Positions 43,896 through 52,818 of a stretch of DNA of 64,000 nucleotides are shown here, piece by piece. The notes beneath the pieces were generated by a model that saw only the letters and a list, made by a program, of their open reading frames with translations, did not search any database and had not been told where the DNA came from. Both the position numbers and the translations under genes were made by a program. Within the stretch, counting starts at the first letter, position 1. Every line of letters starts with the position of its first letter. The DNA comes from a virus (Duplodnaviria > Caudoviricetes): positions 1-64,000 of the IMG/VR virus record IMGVR_UViG_3300048670_000735; one strand, given 5' to 3'.

Positions 43896-45478
43896 GAGCT
43901 GAATATATTGAAGACGACAACACTTCATCAAGCACTATAGACATTTCAAATACTTCAGACTGGTTTCATTTTCAAAAATCTGAAGAGCATGATGACCCAT
44001 TTAAAATTGGGCTAGATGAAATTAAAAAGCTTCGTGGCCTAGGCACCAACTTTAAAAGAAAAATAAACCGTGACTTCTCAAAAGCCTTCGTTGGAAAAGA
44101 AGGGGTAGCAACACAACAAAATTTATTGCAGCAGGCAATCAGCGGATATGCATTATTTGATTTAGTTGAGCCAACCTACAATCTTGAATATCTTTCAAAA
44201 ATATATGAAATATCAACATATAACTATGCAGCAATTAATGCAAAGGTTTCAAATATTGTTGGATTAGGATATACGTTTGCAGAAACCCCTAAAGCAAAAG
44301 ATGCAATGGATCAGATTACTGATGACAAACAGCTTGAAAGAGCTCGTACAAAAATAAATAGAATTAAGAATGGCTTAGATCAATGGCTTGATGATTGTAA
44401 CGAAGAAGAGTCATTTACAGAAACCCTTATAAAGGCTTACACAGACCTTGAGGCCACAGGAAACGGATACATTGAGATAGGACGTACAACAGGTGGAGAT
44501 ATAGGCTACATCGGCCACATACCAGCTAAAACAATGCGTGTGCGTAGATTTCGTGACGGCTTTATTCAATTGCTTTATGGCAAGGCTGTATTCTTCCGTA
44601 ACTTTGGAGACCTAGAAACGCCTAGCCCGATTGCTGGCCAAGAAGACAGACCAAATGAGATTATTCATTTAAAGAAATATACACCAATGAATAACTATTA
44701 TGGTGTTCCAGATATTATTGCAGCACAGCAAGCTTTAGCAGGAAATGAATTTGCAGGAAGATATAACCTTGACTACTTTGAAAACAAGGCAGTTCCAAGA
44801 TATATTATTACAGTTAAAGGAGCAAAGCTTTCTCCAGAGTCAGAAAGAAAATTACTTGAGTTTTTTCAGGTCGGCTTAAAGGGAAAGAATCACAGATCTC
44901 TTTACATTCCACTTCCAGCAGATACACCAGACTCAAAGACTGAATTTAAGATGGAGCCAATTGAGGCGGGAGAGCAAGAGTCCTCATTCAACATTTATCG
45001 TAAAACAAATAGAGATGAAATCCTTTTAGCCCATCGTGTTCCTATTAATAAAATTGGAACTCCTGAAGGTGTTAATTTAGCTGTAGCAAGAGATGCAGAT
45101 AAGACATTTAAAGAGCAGGTTTGTCGTCCAGCACAAGATAAACTAGAAAAGAAATTAAACTATTTAATTGCAGAAAAAACAGATGTTGTCGAATTAAAGT
45201 TTAATGAGCTAAGCCTTACAGACGAAATAACTCAAAGCCAGATAGATGAGATTTATTTAAGAATGCAGGTTATTACTCCTAACGAAGTAAGAGTTAGAAA
45301 AAATATGATTCCTAGAGATGGCGGAGATGAAGTCGTTGAATTAAAGCCTCAGCAGGCGGCAGACCAACAGGCCAAGTCTACTGGAAATAAAACTAGAGAC
45401 CAACAAAGAGCTTCAAATGCCCCAGATAAAAATGGGGAAGGCAGAAATGCCAAGGGAGATGGTCCAAAAGTCAAATAA
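43892..45478 (+). CDS. portal protein (PBSX-like family)
   Basis: D....GNGYIE, NEIIH......YYGVP, F.N.A.P, AHRVP, T.NEVR. Confidence 0.92.
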   Translation: MRAEYIEDDNTSSSTIDISNTSDWFHFQKSEEHDDPFKIGLDEIKKLRGLGTNFKRKINRDFSKAFVGKEGVATQQNLLQQAISGYALFDLVEPTYNLEYLSKIYEISTYNYAAINAKVSNIVGLGYTFAETPKAKDAMDQITDDKQLERARTKINRIKNGLDQWLDDCNEEESFTETLIKAYTDLEATGNGYIEIGRTTGGDIGYIGHIPAKTMRVRRFRDGFIQLLYGKAVFFRNFGDLETPSPIAGQEDRPNEIIHLKKYTPMNNYYGVPDIIAAQQALAGNEFAGRYNLDYFENKAVPRYIITVKGAKLSPESERKLLEFFQVGLKGKNHRSLYIPLPADTPDSKTEFKMEPIEAGEQESSFNIYRKTNRDEILLAHRVPINKIGTPEGVNLAVARDADKTFKEQVCRPAQDKLEKKLNYLIAEKTDVVELKFNELSLTDEITQSQIDEIYLRMQVITPNEVRVRKNMIPRDGGDEVVELKPQQAADQQAKSTGNKTRDQQRASNAPDKNGEGRNAKGDGPKVK

Positions 45479-45531
45479 GTTTAATCGACTGTTATTTGCT
45501 TTATATGATATAAGCCTATAAAATTAAGCAT

Positions 45532-46887
45532 ATGAACATCGAAAAGTCGCATTGGTCCAGCGATGGAGAAAACCTCCATCTCTCAGTTCCATTTACAAAA
45601 GTTAATCGTGAGAGCAGAACCGTGTCTGGTTTTGCTACGCTAGATAATGTTGATCAGACAGGTGACGTTGTAACCGCAGAAGCAAGTCTAAAAGCATTTG
45701 AAAATTTTAGAGGAAATCTTCGTGAGATGCATCAGTCAATTGCAGTTGGTAAAGTAGTTTCATTTAAGCCTGAAACATACTACGATCAAAAGTCTCAAGC
45801 ATTTTATAATGGAGTTTACGTAACATCTTACATTTCAAAGGGTGCACAAGATACTTGGGAAAAAGTTCTTGACGGCACTCTTTCTGGTTTTTCAATCGGC
45901 GGAAAAATTAAAGAGTCAGACAATGAAGTTAACAAAGCTACAGGCGAAGCAGTAAGATTTATTAAAGATTACGATTTAGTAGAACTTTCAATTGTCGATT
46001 CACCAGCAAACGAACTATGTAATATTTTTTCAATTGAAAAAGTAAACGGACAAATGGTCTATAAGGGTATTGCTACTGAAGTAGTAACAGAAAATATTTT
46101 TTATTGTGAAGAAAGTGATTCTGTATTTATGTCTACAGAAAAAACTTTTGAATCACCAGTATCAGGAAAGCCAGCCACACTAATTGGTTGGGTAGAAAGT
46201 TCTGATATTAATAAGTCAAAAGAAATAAATAAGATTCTTGCTTCATTTAAGAAGTCAAGATTACCGTTGCCTGAAACACAATTAGCAAAACAGGCAAACG
46301 TAGAAGGAGGTAATAAAATGTCACATCATGATGAGAATGTTGCAGATGCTCCAGTAGCAGAAGCAGCAATCGTTGAAGAGACACCAGTTGCAGCAGCAGT
46401 AGAAGCTCCAGCAGCAGATGAATCAAACGTCAATCTTTTTGACAAGTCATTAGAAACTACTGATGTAGTTGCTGATGAAACCTCTGCCGACAACGTTGAA
46501 AAAGCAGCCGATACAGTAGAAGTTATGGTTGATGAACCTGATTTTGCAAAGATGTTAGGCGATCTAAAAGGCTTTTTCGCAGACACACTCACAAAAGCTA
46601 CAGAAGCTAATGCTGCACAAGTTACAGACATTAAAACATCTGTAGAAGCTTTCAGCAAGAGCGTCGACGATAGAATTTCTGAGTTGGCAGAAAAGCACAG
46701 CGCACTTAGTGATGCTGTTGCAGAAATAAAGGGCACCATTGATGGTGTTCAAAAGCGTGTAGATGCCGTAGAAGGCGAAACCGCAATTAAGAAGTCCTCT
46801 GACCTTGGCGGGTCTGAGGTTTTTACTAAATCAAAATCAAAATGGTCTGGAGCTTTCCTCGGTTCCGTAAATGAAATCTTTAACTAA
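45532..46887 (+). CDS. prohead protease with C-terminal scaffold
   Basis: VSGFA...VD..GD, REMH, G.L.GFSIGG, ELSIVD.PAN; acidic coiled-coil C-half. Confidence 0.88.
   Translation: MNIEKSHWSSDGENLHLSVPFTKVNRESRTVSGFATLDNVDQTGDVVTAEASLKAFENFRGNLREMHQSIAVGKVVSFKPETYYDQKSQAFYNGVYVTSYISKGAQDTWEKVLDGTLSGFSIGGKIKESDNEVNKATGEAVRFIKDYDLVELSIVDSPANELCNIFSIEKVNGQMVYKGIATEVVTENIFYCEESDSVFMSTEKTFESPVSGKPATLIGWVESSDINKSKEINKILASFKKSRLPLPETQLAKQANVEGGNKMSHHDENVADAPVAEAAIVEETPVAAAVEAPAADESNVNLFDKSLETTDVVADETSADNVEKAADTVEVMVDEPDFAKMLGDLKGFFADTLTKATEANAAQVTDIKTSVEAFSKSVDDRISELAEKHSALSDAVAEIKGTIDGVQKRVDAVEGETAIKKSSDLGGSEVFTKSKSKWSGAFLGSVNEIFN
46318..46887 (+). CDS. nested in-frame scaffolding protein
   Basis: AAGGAGG RBS 7 nt before in-frame ATG 46318. 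Confidence 0.6.
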   Translation: MSHHDENVADAPVAEAAIVEETPVAAAVEAPAADESNVNLFDKSLETTDVVADETSADNVEKAADTVEVMVDEPDFAKMLGDLKGFFADTLTKATEANAAQVTDIKTSVEAFSKSVDDRISELAEKHSALSDAVAEIKGTIDGVQKRVDAVEGETAIKKSSDLGGSEVFTKSKSKWSGAFLGSVNEIFN

Positions 46888-46908
46888 AATAAGGTAGGTG
46901 AAATAAAA

Positions 46909-47958
46909 ATGAGTAATGAATTATTAGAAAAGGCCGCAGCAGCTGGTACAACAGTATCAACTGGCTTTGGCTCAACAACTGGTGGTTCAGGCGTTCACGT
47001 TGCTTCAGAAAATGGCAACGGTGGACTTCTAAACCCAGAACAATCAGCACGATTCTTGGACTATATGTTCGATGCTACCGTAATTGGTAAAGTTGCACGT
47101 ACTGTCCGAATGAAAGCTGACACAACAGAGATTGATCGTATGTCCGTCGGAGAAAAGCTTGTAAAGCTTGCATCTGAAGGCGAGAACACAGCTGCTAACA
47201 GCGGTGTAACTTTCTCAAAGATCTCTCTTACAACAAAGAAACTTCGCATGGACTGGGAGCTTTCAACAGAGTCTCTAGAAGACAACATTGAAGGTGCAGA
47301 TCTAGAAGATCACATTGCACGTATGATGGCAACACAGGCAGGAAATGACATCGAAGATGTTATTCTTAACGGTGACGAGTCACTTACAACCGATGCACTT
47401 TACAAGTCATTTAATGGTGTTGTAAAGAAGGCAAAGACAAACGGACGTGTTGTCGATGCAGCTGGTGCGGGAATTTCTCGTGCAGTATTTAACTCAGCCC
47501 TAAAGGCTCTTCCACGTAAGTACAAGCAACGTCGTACAGACCTTCGCTTCCTTTCAGGATCAAACTTGATCCAGGACTACTTATACTCTAACTCACAGAA
47601 CATCCAGAACGTTACTCCACAGGATATTGCTTCAGGCATCATCCGTGGTGATGTTCCAGTTCTTGGAGGTCCAGCAGGATATGTAGCTCCATACGCATTT
47701 GGTATTCCAATCGTTGAAGTTCCATTGCTTCCTGAGACACAGACAGGTACATATGCAAGCCCATCAGGTTCACACGGAGACATCCACTTGACATTCCCAA
47801 ATAACGTTGTTATTGGTATCAAGCGTGACGTAACTGTTTACCGCTTCTTCTGGCCACGTAAGGACTCAATCGAGTACACAATGTACACTCGTGTTGGCGT
47901 TCAAATCGAGCAGGCAGACGCTTGGGTAGTTGTTAAGAACGTTAAGGTTGCTTCTTAA
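46909..47958 (+). CDS. major capsid protein (HK97 fold)
   Basis: GGLL.PEQ, ELS.E.LEDNIE, D.E...LNGD; position after protease; terminator follows. Confidence 0.92.
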   Translation: MSNELLEKAAAAGTTVSTGFGSTTGGSGVHVASENGNGGLLNPEQSARFLDYMFDATVIGKVARTVRMKADTTEIDRMSVGEKLVKLASEGENTAANSGVTFSKISLTTKKLRMDWELSTESLEDNIEGADLEDHIARMMATQAGNDIEDVILNGDESLTTDALYKSFNGVVKKAKTNGRVVDAAGAGISRAVFNSALKALPRKYKQRRTDLRFLSGSNLIQDYLYSNSQNIQNVTPQDIASGIIRGDVPVLGGPAGYVAPYAFGIPIVEVPLLPETQTGTYASPSGSHGDIHLTFPNNVVIGIKRDVTVYRFFWPRKDSIEYTMYTRVGVQIEQADAWVVVKNVKVAS

Positions 47959-47980
47959 TTAAATAAGAATTAACTACCGA

Positions 47981-48010
47981 AAGGCCCCCAATTAATTTTG
48001 GGGGCTTTTC
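47981..48010 (+). terminator. rho-independent terminator
   Basis: AAGGCCCCCAA...TTGGGGGCTTTT. Confidence 0.85.
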
Positions 48011-48063
48011 ATTTTAATTTAACAATGCTATAATTAAATCACCTAGAAAGAGGAGAACTAAAT

Positions 48064-48456
48064 ATGTCATTTGACACATTAACAGTAGCTGAATTAAAGG
48101 AAATTGCAACCGAGTTTGCTGTAGACACAGAAGGTCTAAAAAATAAAAAAGATGTAATTGCTGCGATGGCAGAAGAAGGTGTAACATATTCCGTATATGC
48201 AAAAACACTAGAAGCAATAAAAGAAGCAACAGAAGAAATTGAAGTTTTGCCAAAATTTGATCCAAAGGCACAAGCCGAGGACACAGTCTTGGTACGCATG
48301 ACAAGAGCAAATTACAGATATGATATTCATGGACATACGTTTACAGATACTCATCCATTTGTAGCAATGTCAGAAGAAGACGCTCAATTAATCTTTGATA
48401 CAGAGGAGGGTTTTCGTTTAGCGACACCAAAGGAAGTTCAAGACTTCTACAACTAA
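48064..48456 (+). CDS. hypothetical protein with HeH/Rho-N-like N-terminus
   Basis: LTVAELKEIA...K.D.I; AGGAG RBS. Confidence 0.7.
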   Translation: MSFDTLTVAELKEIATEFAVDTEGLKNKKDVIAAMAEEGVTYSVYAKTLEAIKEATEEIEVLPKFDPKAQAEDTVLVRMTRANYRYDIHGHTFTDTHPFVAMSEEDAQLIFDTEEGFRLATPKEVQDFYN

Positions 48457-48472
48457 ACGTTAACATAAGTTA

Positions 48473-49450
48473 ATGGAAATATTAGTAGGCACCAATTCAC
48501 CAATTACTCATAGAGTTTTTTGGAAAGGCGAAACTGTCGATGCCGACTCTTTGCCTACAGTAAAGATTTATGACATCACAGAAGATCCTGCTGTCACACC
48601 CCCAATAAACCCTGGAACTTTAATAACAACCATAACATCAGAAAAAAGAGAAACTGATGATGGTGTTTACGTTGCATATCTTCCTCTTGAATTAACAGAT
48701 AAAAATAAGCAATTAAAAGTAGTATGGGAATATGTAGTAGATGGAAGCCCAGTTAGAAAAGAGAACAAGCTTTTTGTTCAAACTCCATATACTGATTTAA
48801 CTCAGGCTGCAGAAGTTTTAGGGGTTGGAGCAGACTATTCTGACCCAAATTACAAAACATTTTTTGATTTATTAGAAGCAGAAAGATATGCAAGAAAGCT
48901 AATTGAAAACTATACAGGTCAGCTGTTTTATTTATATGACGACGTAACAATAGTTTATGGCGCAGGAACAGACATCCTTCCGCTTCCATATAAACTTTCT
49001 CAGCTACATGAATTGTATTCAAATGATCTTTTACTTATAGACAATATTAATAACATTAATAATCTAGGTTACGATATAGTTGTTTCAGAAAGCGGATTTG
49101 GAATAAGAATTAATCGTGCTAACCTGCTTGACAATACTGTATATGTTGCAAACGGAATGATTCCTCCAACAATCAATGATTACTCAGGAGTTTTTAATAA
49201 AGATTCAGTTTATAGAATTGCGGGTAAATTTGGTTGGGCTGAAGTTCCAGACGAGGTAGATCTTGCATGTATAGAATTAATGAAAGATTATTTCTCTAAA
49301 GATAAAGTTTGGAAAAATAAATACATCAAAAACATCTCCACGTTTGACTGGAAATTTGAATACGATTCAACAACATTTTCTGGAACTGGAAATAATTATG
49401 TAGATCAACTACTTCTTCCATACGTTCTAAATAAGATGGTTGTTATTTAG
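48473..49450 (+). CDS. head-tail connector/adaptor
   Basis: A...IE.YTGQ, G.FGW..VP.EV..A, VD.LL.PY; synteny. Confidence 0.75.
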   Translation: MEILVGTNSPITHRVFWKGETVDADSLPTVKIYDITEDPAVTPPINPGTLITTITSEKRETDDGVYVAYLPLELTDKNKQLKVVWEYVVDGSPVRKENKLFVQTPYTDLTQAAEVLGVGADYSDPNYKTFFDLLEAERYARKLIENYTGQLFYLYDDVTIVYGAGTDILPLPYKLSQLHELYSNDLLLIDNINNINNLGYDIVVSESGFGIRINRANLLDNTVYVANGMIPPTINDYSGVFNKDSVYRIAGKFGWAEVPDEVDLACIELMKDYFSKDKVWKNKYIKNISTFDWKFEYDSTTFSGTGNNYVDQLLLPYVLNKMVVI

Positions 49451-49451
49451 A

Positions 49452-49880
49452 ATGAACAGTGTTGTAGATTCACTTATGCCTATGCAGGCTGATATATATA
49501 TCCAGCAAGATGAGCAGGACCCAAATACTGGCGCAATTAAAAAAAATTGGAACTATTCAAGAACTGTAGCTTGCTCAGCAAAAGGAATAATATCAAATTC
49601 AGGCTCAGGAAGATCTGGAGACAAGCAAAATTTTTCAAACAGATATGCAAATGAACAAACAATTGAAATCAGAACAAATCTTCAAATAAATTATAGGGAA
49701 AAAATTAATAACATTAGAGATCTTCAAGGCAATGTTATTTGGAAAGAATTAGATTATCCTACAGAAACTCCAACTGTTTTTGAAGTAATAAGCTCAACTC
49801 CGCTAACCGACCCTTTTGGAAATGTTCTTGCATACAACTCTCTTGCAAAGAGATCGGAGAACCAGGAAATTGGACTCTAG
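49452..49880 (+). CDS. head closure/stopper protein
   Basis: synteny, size. Confidence 0.6.
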   Translation: MNSVVDSLMPMQADIYIQQDEQDPNTGAIKKNWNYSRTVACSAKGIISNSGSGRSGDKQNFSNRYANEQTIEIRTNLQINYREKINNIRDLQGNVIWKELDYPTETPTVFEVISSTPLTDPFGNVLAYNSLAKRSENQEIGL

Positions 49881-50658
49881 CGTAGCTTTAATTCAAACCG
49901 CAAGCGGACTTGAAAGATTGATGGCTGGATCTGTTCCAGGTATTATTAAAGATAGTACAGTTGCACAAGTATCTGCTTTTTTGTATTACGAAGCATCTGT
50001 TCTTTCAAAGCTTACAACAAATGATGCATTTAAGAAATTATTTAAGACAACAGTCTTTAATCAAATAGAAAAAGATTTTTCAGAGTATTTAGATTCACAA
50101 GCAAGAATAAAACAAAAATCTTTGCAGCATGTTTATGAGTGGAATAAGGCTGGAAATCCAGCAGCTAGATTATTTAAGTTAAACAGGTTAGACACAGAAG
50201 GCCTTTCGTTTAGAATTAATTATGATTTTAAATTATCAAAATCAACAGTTCCTTCAACAAATAAGCTACAAAAGAAAAAATATGTATTTGCAAACAAAGC
50301 CTCAATTATGGAGTCTGGTATGCCAGTAGTTATAAGGCCAAGATCTGCAGAAAGACTTGTTTTTGAATTAGATGGCGAAACTGTATTTATGCCAAAAGGA
50401 ACTTCAGTAACAGTAAAAAGGCCTGGAGGCACAGCAGCAACAAACCAGTTTGCATTAGCCTACGGTAGATTTTTTGGCGGGCCACTAGTTAATTCATCTA
50501 TTAAGTCTTCAGGCTTACAAAGAATATTTAACTCTAAAATGGCGGCAGCCCTAGATGTTCCAATTAATATAAAGAAAGTGCAATATAGTTTCAGCCCTGG
50601 TAAAATAAGATATCAGGCGGACGCAGCATTAGAAAGATCATTTGGAGGCTCACTATGA
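49870..50658 (+). CDS. neck/tail-completion protein (TTG start)
   Basis: synteny; basic; GGAGA RBS before TTG 49870. Confidence 0.55.
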   Translation: MDSSVALIQTASGLERLMAGSVPGIIKDSTVAQVSAFLYYEASVLSKLTTNDAFKKLFKTTVFNQIEKDFSEYLDSQARIKQKSLQHVYEWNKAGNPAARLFKLNRLDTEGLSFRINYDFKLSKSTVPSTNKLQKKKYVFANKASIMESGMPVVIRPRSAERLVFELDGETVFMPKGTSVTVKRPGGTAATNQFALAYGRFFGGPLVNSSIKSSGLQRIFNSKMAAALDVPINIKKVQYSFSPGKIRYQADAALERSFGGSL

Positions 50659-51164
50659 CAGTAGATTATAAGATAGACGCAATGTTTGAGCTCCGTAAAT
50701 TTCTATGGAAAGAGCTAAAGGCTACAGAAATTTTTGATAAAAACGATTACTATTCAGATAATCTAAATGCTGAAATTATTCCTATAATTCCAGTTCAGCA
50801 GTCCCCAGAATTAGATCAATTCTTAAATGGCAAAAAGCATATAGTCTACGACAAGATCGGATTGTCATTTGAGGACATATGGCTGCTGGCATGTGAAAAG
50901 GTTTTATTTACAATATATTCAACTGACATATCAGATATATATGAAATCAGAAACTTGATGATGGACCTATTTAGAAGAATGGACGAGTCCGCAAGAGATG
51001 TCAACAATAGCTCAGATTCCACTAAATTAATATTCCATAGCATACATGTTGTAGAGACATCGCCAATCGAGCCTTCATCTGAGCTAAAGGGCTTCTTGTC
51101 GGCAGATGTGATTTTAGAGGTAAAATACTCAAGAACAACAGATGGCAGAGGAAGATTCAATTAG
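50655..51164 (+). CDS. tail terminator-like protein
   Basis: synteny before the tail tube gene. Confidence 0.6.
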   Translation: MTVDYKIDAMFELRKFLWKELKATEIFDKNDYYSDNLNAEIIPIIPVQQSPELDQFLNGKKHIVYDKIGLSFEDIWLLACEKVLFTIYSTDISDIYEIRNLMMDLFRRMDESARDVNNSSDSTKLIFHSIHVVETSPIEPSSELKGFLSADVILEVKYSRTTDGRGRFN

Positions 51165-51286
51165 TTGCTTTTAGTCAACTTATCCAGTAAAATTGGACTT
51201 GAGGTAAAAAGCCTAGCCAGCTTTGATTAAGATTTAAAATGTAAGTCAATATATATATATGTTTATTTAACAGGAGGTTTTACAAC

Positions 51287-52036
51287 ATGGCACAAAATAC
51301 AGGTAATGCTAGAAATATTCTCGTTGGTGCGTCACCGCTGTTTCTTTCAGTAACAGATATCACTAGCGCAGACTATGTTCCAGCAGCAGAAGCAGGCGTA
51401 TTAAACGCTTGGGCTTCAGGAAAAAATAAGACTGTCCCAGCATTTGCTACAGGAGAATCTTACACAGATACTTTGAATGCTGTTGATACAGCTACATCAC
51501 TTTCAGCTGCAACACCAAAGGAAACTAAGGGTGCATTTTATCGTAACGTAGGTTACACAAACAACGGTCTTCAGGTTACATACAACCCATCATACGGTTC
51601 AGTAACAGTAGATCAGCTTCTTGACTCAGCAAAGCTTTTCAAGGAGACAATGGAAGTTATGATCGCAACAGAAATGGCAGAAGGTACTCTTGAGAACGTT
51701 CTTGCTGTATTCGGTCAGCGTTCAGATACTTTAACATCAGCGGGAACAGGTACTTCTTCAACAAAGACACTTGGTCTAGCAGGTGGAGCTCTTGGCGAAG
51801 CGCCAACAGAGCGTCAGCTTATTGCAGTTGGTCAAGCACCAACATCTACAGCAGCGGCAGCAACTGAGCGTGTATATTATGCACGTCGTGTTCTTTCTGT
51901 ACAACAGTCACAGTTCTCTTTGGCTCGTAACGCAGCATCAACATTCCCAGTAACATTCCGTTTGTTACCATCTGGTGACTCAGCTCACGCAGGTAAGGAA
52001 TATGGTTTCATCGTAGACCGTGTTCTTTCAGCATAA
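51287..52036 (+). CDS. major tail (tube) protein
   Basis: NILVG, VGYT..G, V.VDQ, T.MAE.TLEN, FPVTFR; strong RBS and terminator. Confidence 0.85.
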   Translation: MAQNTGNARNILVGASPLFLSVTDITSADYVPAAEAGVLNAWASGKNKTVPAFATGESYTDTLNAVDTATSLSAATPKETKGAFYRNVGYTNNGLQVTYNPSYGSVTVDQLLDSAKLFKETMEVMIATEMAEGTLENVLAVFGQRSDTLTSAGTGTSSTKTLGLAGGALGEAPTERQLIAVGQAPTSTAAAATERVYYARRVLSVQQSQFSLARNAASTFPVTFRLLPSGDSAHAGKEYGFIVDRVLSA

Positions 52037-52056
52037 TTAATTTAATTAATTAATAG

Positions 52057-52085
52057 AGACCCCCTAAGAAATTAGGGGGTTTTCT
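52057..52085 (+). terminator. rho-independent terminator
   Basis: ACCCCCTAA-GAAA-TTAGGGGGT-TTT. Confidence 0.85.
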
Positions 52086-52144
52086 ATTGCTATGATATTT
52101 TCAATATGATACAATAATTAAGACACAATCCTAGGAGGATTAAA

Positions 52145-52477
52145 TTGGCAACTACAGTATATGATGTTGAAGAAATTCAACTACAAAATGGCGCAACAGT
52201 TAAACTCAAGCCTTTAACAATTAAAGAGCTTCGTGAGTTTATGAAAGTCATTCAAAGAACACAAGAAGTAACATCAGAAGATGAGACATTAACAATTCTT
52301 ATTGAGGCATGTGGAGTGGCACTAAAGAAGCAGCTTCCAGACCTAGTAGCAGATAAAGACGCATTTGAAGATACACTTGACGTTCCAACTATCAACCGCA
52401 TTCTAGAAGTTTGCGGAGGAATTAAGATGGACGACCCAAACCAACTAGCGGCAGCAGTACTGGCTGGTCAGAACTAG
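52145..52477 (+). CDS. tail assembly chaperone (G)
   Basis: between tail tube and TMP; AGGAGG RBS, TTG start. Confidence 0.8.
   Translation: MATTVYDVEEIQLQNGATVKLKPLTIKELREFMKVIQRTQEVTSEDETLTILIEACGVALKKQLPDLVADKDAFEDTLDVPTINRILEVCGGIKMDDPNQLAAAVLAGQN
52435..52441 (+). other. -1 programmed frameshift slippery site C CCA AAC
   Basis: X XXY YYZ heptamer in the G frame; the -1 frame is open from 52426 to 52809. Confidence 0.8.
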
Positions 52478-52809
52478 ATCTAGCCGCTTTAGAAGGGGAA
52501 GTTTTTCTTCTTGGTAATTGGATAAATTACGAACAACTAGAAGATAATCTTTCAATGCCAGAGTTAATCCAGACTTTTAAATCAATGCAAAAATCTGAGT
52601 CGGAGAAAAGAAAATTCTTAGCTTCAATTCAGGGTGTAGATTTAAATGAAAGCAGTAATCAAAATGAGGAGGGATCTTCCTTTGAAGATGTTAGAAGAAG
52701 AGCACTTGGTATAAATGCATCAGCAGATGATGTTGTTTCACTACAAGGTTCATTTGCCAGCGAAGCTGGTTTCGGCATTGGAGCAGGATTAGGATACTCT
52801 ATAGAGTAA
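52441..52809 (+). CDS. tail assembly chaperone GT extension (frameshift product)
   Basis: open frame extends well upstream of ATG 52555, which has no clear RBS. Confidence 0.75.
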   Translation, partial: PTSGSSTGWSELDLAALEGEVFLLGNWINYEQLEDNLSMPELIQTFKSMQKSESEKRKFLASIQGVDLNESSNQNEEGSSFEDVRRRALGINASADDVVSLQGSFASEAGFGIGAGLGYSIE

Positions 52810-52818
52810 TATAAGTAT

